From the sequence record PQ659294.1: a DNA stretch of 45,053 bases; one strand, given 5' to 3'. Of the stretch, positions 43,154-45,053 are shown piece by piece. This DNA comes from Escherichia phage vB_ecoS_OzMSK. A program made the position numbers and the translations under genes. The stretch's first letter is position 1. Every line of letters begins with the position of its first letter. The notes beneath the pieces were generated by a model. It was not told the DNA's origin, searched no databases, and saw nothing but the letters and a program-made list of their open reading frames with translations.

Positions 43154-43393
43154 TCATTTTTTAATCTCCATTTCCACAATTTCATAACTTATGTAATTAT
43201 TTATCATTCCAATAAGTGATTTTTGGTATGTTTTCATATGCTCCCTAGCGGAATCTTCATCAAGATGCGCTGATATGTTGTGAAAATTGTATTCATAATC
43301 CATGCCCATTAGTATGTATATCTTATCGTGCGCCTTAATGAGGTTATTTGATTTTATTTCCCCAAGCGACCATCCTTTTCCTTTTCTAATCAT
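43154..43393 (-). CDS. hypothetical protein (79 aa)
   Basis: ORF; overlapping stop-start with its neighbour. Confidence 0.45.
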   Translation of the reverse strand: MIRKGKGWSLGEIKSNNLIKAHDKIYILMGMDYEYNFHNISAHLDEDSAREHMKTYQKSLIGMINNYISYEIVEMEIKK

Positions 43394-43743
43394 TTGTATT
43401 GAGCCTCAAATCGATAGTCGCCGCAAACTGTAACAAAGCCAACATCTTCGTCACGATATAGCTGCCAGGCGCTGCCCTCTTTATCGTAAATGTATCCAGC
43501 ACGCTGCCCAAGTCCAGCATGGAGATCTACTTGATATCTCTTCCCTTCAGTGAAGTACTTACGAATGGATGAGCGATGATTAACATTTGTGCAGTAAATG
43601 GTCTTTGTCTTGATGTACTTGCCCCGCTCTTCAAGGTTAATCCATTTTCCATCTTTCTTGATTTGCTCTACTCCATTTTTAACGCGAGCTTTATAGAGTA
43701 CATTTTCGTTGCTGATCCAGTTTTTAGTTAGTGTAGTAGTCAT
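43390..43743 (-). CDS. hypothetical protein (117 aa)
   Basis: ORF; overlapping stop-start with its neighbours. Confidence 0.45.
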   Translation of the reverse strand: MTTTLTKNWISNENVLYKARVKNGVEQIKKDGKWINLEERGKYIKTKTIYCTNVNHRSSIRKYFTEGKRYQVDLHAGLGQRAGYIYDKEGSAWQLYRDEDVGFVTVCGDYRFEAQYK

Positions 43744-43904
43744 TTTGTTACTCTCTTAGTTGTCCACATGAATTTGTTAGGTACTGATTTGCGCACGATT
43801 CGCACAACAATCTTGTCAACCTTCTGAACTAAACCGTAAATCTTTCCATCAGGTGAGGCTCGGTAAAAAGCCTCATCAATTGCGTCATTAAAGTTGTCGA
43901 ACAT
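43740..43904 (-). CDS. possible small protein (54 aa)
   Basis: ORF below the track cutoff; ATGA overlap with the downstream gene and TAATG overlap with the upstream ORF. Confidence 0.3.
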   Translation of the reverse strand: MFDNFNDAIDEAFYRASPDGKIYGLVQKVDKIVVRIVRKSVPNKFMWTTKRVTK

Positions 43905-44083
43905 TAAATCTCTACCTTAACGTCAAACTCTTCAATAAGATAATAATCAGGACCAATTTCAAGATCTTTATCGATACCTGATAGTCTATTTTTTTCCAAT
44001 TCAGCCAGTTCATATGTATCAAAAACACCAAAAATTTCAAAACCGTCATAGTTAGTGTAACCATTAAGTATGTAAACTTTCAT
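43904..44083 (-). CDS. possible small protein (59 aa)
   Basis: ATG 44083 with GGGAG RBS directly after a class-A cassette. Confidence 0.35.
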   Translation of the reverse strand: MKVYILNGYTNYDGFEIFGVFDTYELAELEKNRLSGIDKDLEIGPDYYLIEEFDVKVEI

Positions 44084-44109
44084 TTTTTATCTCCCGTTTA
44101 GATGAGATG

Positions 44110-44155
44110 AATATACAGGAAAAGCCCCTGAAGGGTTTTAGCAATTCGTGCTATT
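44110..44155 (-). promoter_or_regulatory. class-A promoter-like cassette with an embedded hairpin
   Basis: Minus-strand AATAGCACGAATTGCTAAA, then CCCTTCAGGGG hairpin, then TATATT. Confidence 0.45.
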
Positions 44156-44299
44156 GCGTGCCTTTTCTATCGCCTTAAGCATAATTTCGTGACTTTCCAG
44201 TAAGTCCTCTCGGAACCAGTCCCCGCAAGGCCAACCCTTTCCGCTGTATGCGCTAATAACTTCCAGATCGAAGTAGTTTATCTCAGATGGTAATAGCAT
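44138..44299 (-). CDS. possible small protein (53 aa) ending ..NSTNC inside the motif
   Basis: ORF below the track cutoff; C-terminal NSTNC plus stop encoded by the class-A motif. Confidence 0.3.
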   Translation of the reverse strand: MLLPSEINYFDLEVISAYSGKGWPCGDWFREDLLESHEIMLKAIEKARNSTNC

Positions 44300-44310
44300 C
44301 AGTAATCATC

Positions 44311-44496
44311 CTATTCTTCTGGTTCGAAATCCCATACGATATATTCGCCTAATCTCTGAATTTCCGCACCAGACAGAAAATCGCCTAAAGCGAAAGATCT
44401 GTCTTCATCAGTTTTAAACGACTCCAAAGGGTACCGCTCGTAAAACTTATTAATTAAGTGTGCAATGTCAAATTTATCTGATTGATTAGTCATCAC
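44311..44496 (-). CDS. hypothetical protein (61 aa, acidic)
   Basis: ORF in a compact minus-strand block. Confidence 0.4.
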   Translation of the reverse strand: MMTNQSDKFDIAHLINKFYERYPLESFKTDEDRSFALGDFLSGAEIQRLGEYIVWDFEPEE

Positions 44497-44732
44497 TTCA
44501 CCTCGTCAAAAGTTGCAATACCAGGAATAAACATTTTAACCTTCCAGCCTTCGATAGCAATCCAGCCAGAATCGTTCTTGTGCGGTCTCTCAGCGCCATT
44601 AATCAACCACTCGTTCGGGATTACCTTGCCGTTAATGATTAGTGGCTCAGCGTCGTATACAGAGCCTTTAACGAACGGTGTTAACACTTTTTTGTCGGTA
44701 CTTGTAATGCAATTGGTGCAGCGAATTTTCAT
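44493..44732 (-). CDS. hypothetical protein (79 aa)
   Basis: ATG 44732 with GAGGA RBS; N-terminal CTNC pair. Confidence 0.45.
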   Translation of the reverse strand: MKIRCTNCITSTDKKVLTPFVKGSVYDAEPLIINGKVIPNEWLINGAERPHKNDSGWIAIEGWKVKMFIPGIATFDEVK

Positions 44733-44742
44733 ATCTCAATCC

Positions 44743-44922
44743 TCAAATAAATGGTAGGCATTCGGCGCATCCAAGTCCATCACAGCACAGGAATTCATCC
44801 TCTGACTGGAATTGCTTAGCCAAATCTATGTCTAACTTTCCGCGCAACACAAGGTCGGTGTAATCTTCGTTAAGCTCAATCAGTGCGCAATCGTGGCGCA
44901 ATTCATCTTTATCAATCTTCAT
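44743..44922 (-). CDS. possible small Cys-rich protein (59 aa)
   Basis: Hand-translated, no internal stops; GAGGG RBS; C-terminal CCDGLGCAEC; preceded by a degenerate class-A cassette. Confidence 0.35.
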   Translation of the reverse strand: MKIDKDELRHDCALIELNEDYTDLVLRGKLDIDLAKQFQSEDEFLCCDGLGCAECLPFI

Positions 44923-44949
44923 ATCTATACCCTCGTTGTTGGTGAGTTA

Positions 44950-44995
44950 ACTATAGCCTCGCCACCAGCACATGTCTTTAGCAAAAAGTGCTATT
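44950..44995 (-). promoter_or_regulatory. degenerate class-A cassette (AATAGCACTTTTTGCTAAA, then TATAGT)
   Basis: Motif variant with -10-like hexamer at the conserved spacing. Confidence 0.4.
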
Positions 44996-45053
44996 CGTTA
45001 GATTTATGTATTGTTGCATATATTGCAATGATTCACATGATTATTGCACATAC

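Noticed and set aside
1-45053. Prophage or lysogeny module (integrase, repressor, attachment site)
   Set aside because: No ORF with integrase, recombinase or CI-like features was recognised; genome organisation fits a virulent T1-like phage, though absence cannot be proven without homology searches

Overview
The window reads as most of the genome of a virulent T1-like siphovirus (Drexlerviridae-like), judged from gene order and hallmark proteins in the translations, not from any database search. Left arm (plus strand): small early-type ORFs, one tRNA-Arg(UCU), then a complete late morphogenesis block: terminase small and large subunits, portal, head morphogenesis protein, scaffold, major capsid, neck proteins, major tail, G/T chaperone pair with an A_AAA_AAC slippery site, tape measure, and lambda-like M, L, K, I, J tail-tip proteins. 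After J, a minus-strand operon encodes a Dam-like N6-adenine methyltransferase, a small lipoprotein (superinfection-exclusion candidate) and a 323-aa candidate receptor-binding protein. Next come a recombination module (PD-(D/E)XK exonuclease, Erf-like annealing protein, SSB), a minus-strand 826-aa tail fibre with a beta-helix domain and an internal 84-bp tandem repeat, primase, SF2 helicase, VRR-NUC nuclease, a nucleotide-metabolism cluster, and a lysis cassette (holin, SAR-type endolysin, unimolecular spanin). The right end is a minus-strand block of small ORFs plus a 527-aa P-loop protein. No integrase, repressor or CRISPR array was seen. Most notable non-coding signals: about 15 copies of a promoter-like cassette built on the inverted repeat AATAGCACGAATTGCTAAA; a ~280-bp gene-free region with two such cassettes and a duplicated 29-bp element; two diverged copies of an AT-rich palindrome-bearing region; and a pseudogenised, internally deleted paralog of the 527-aa gene at the opposite end. 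All functions are inferred from motifs and synteny and need homology searches to confirm.
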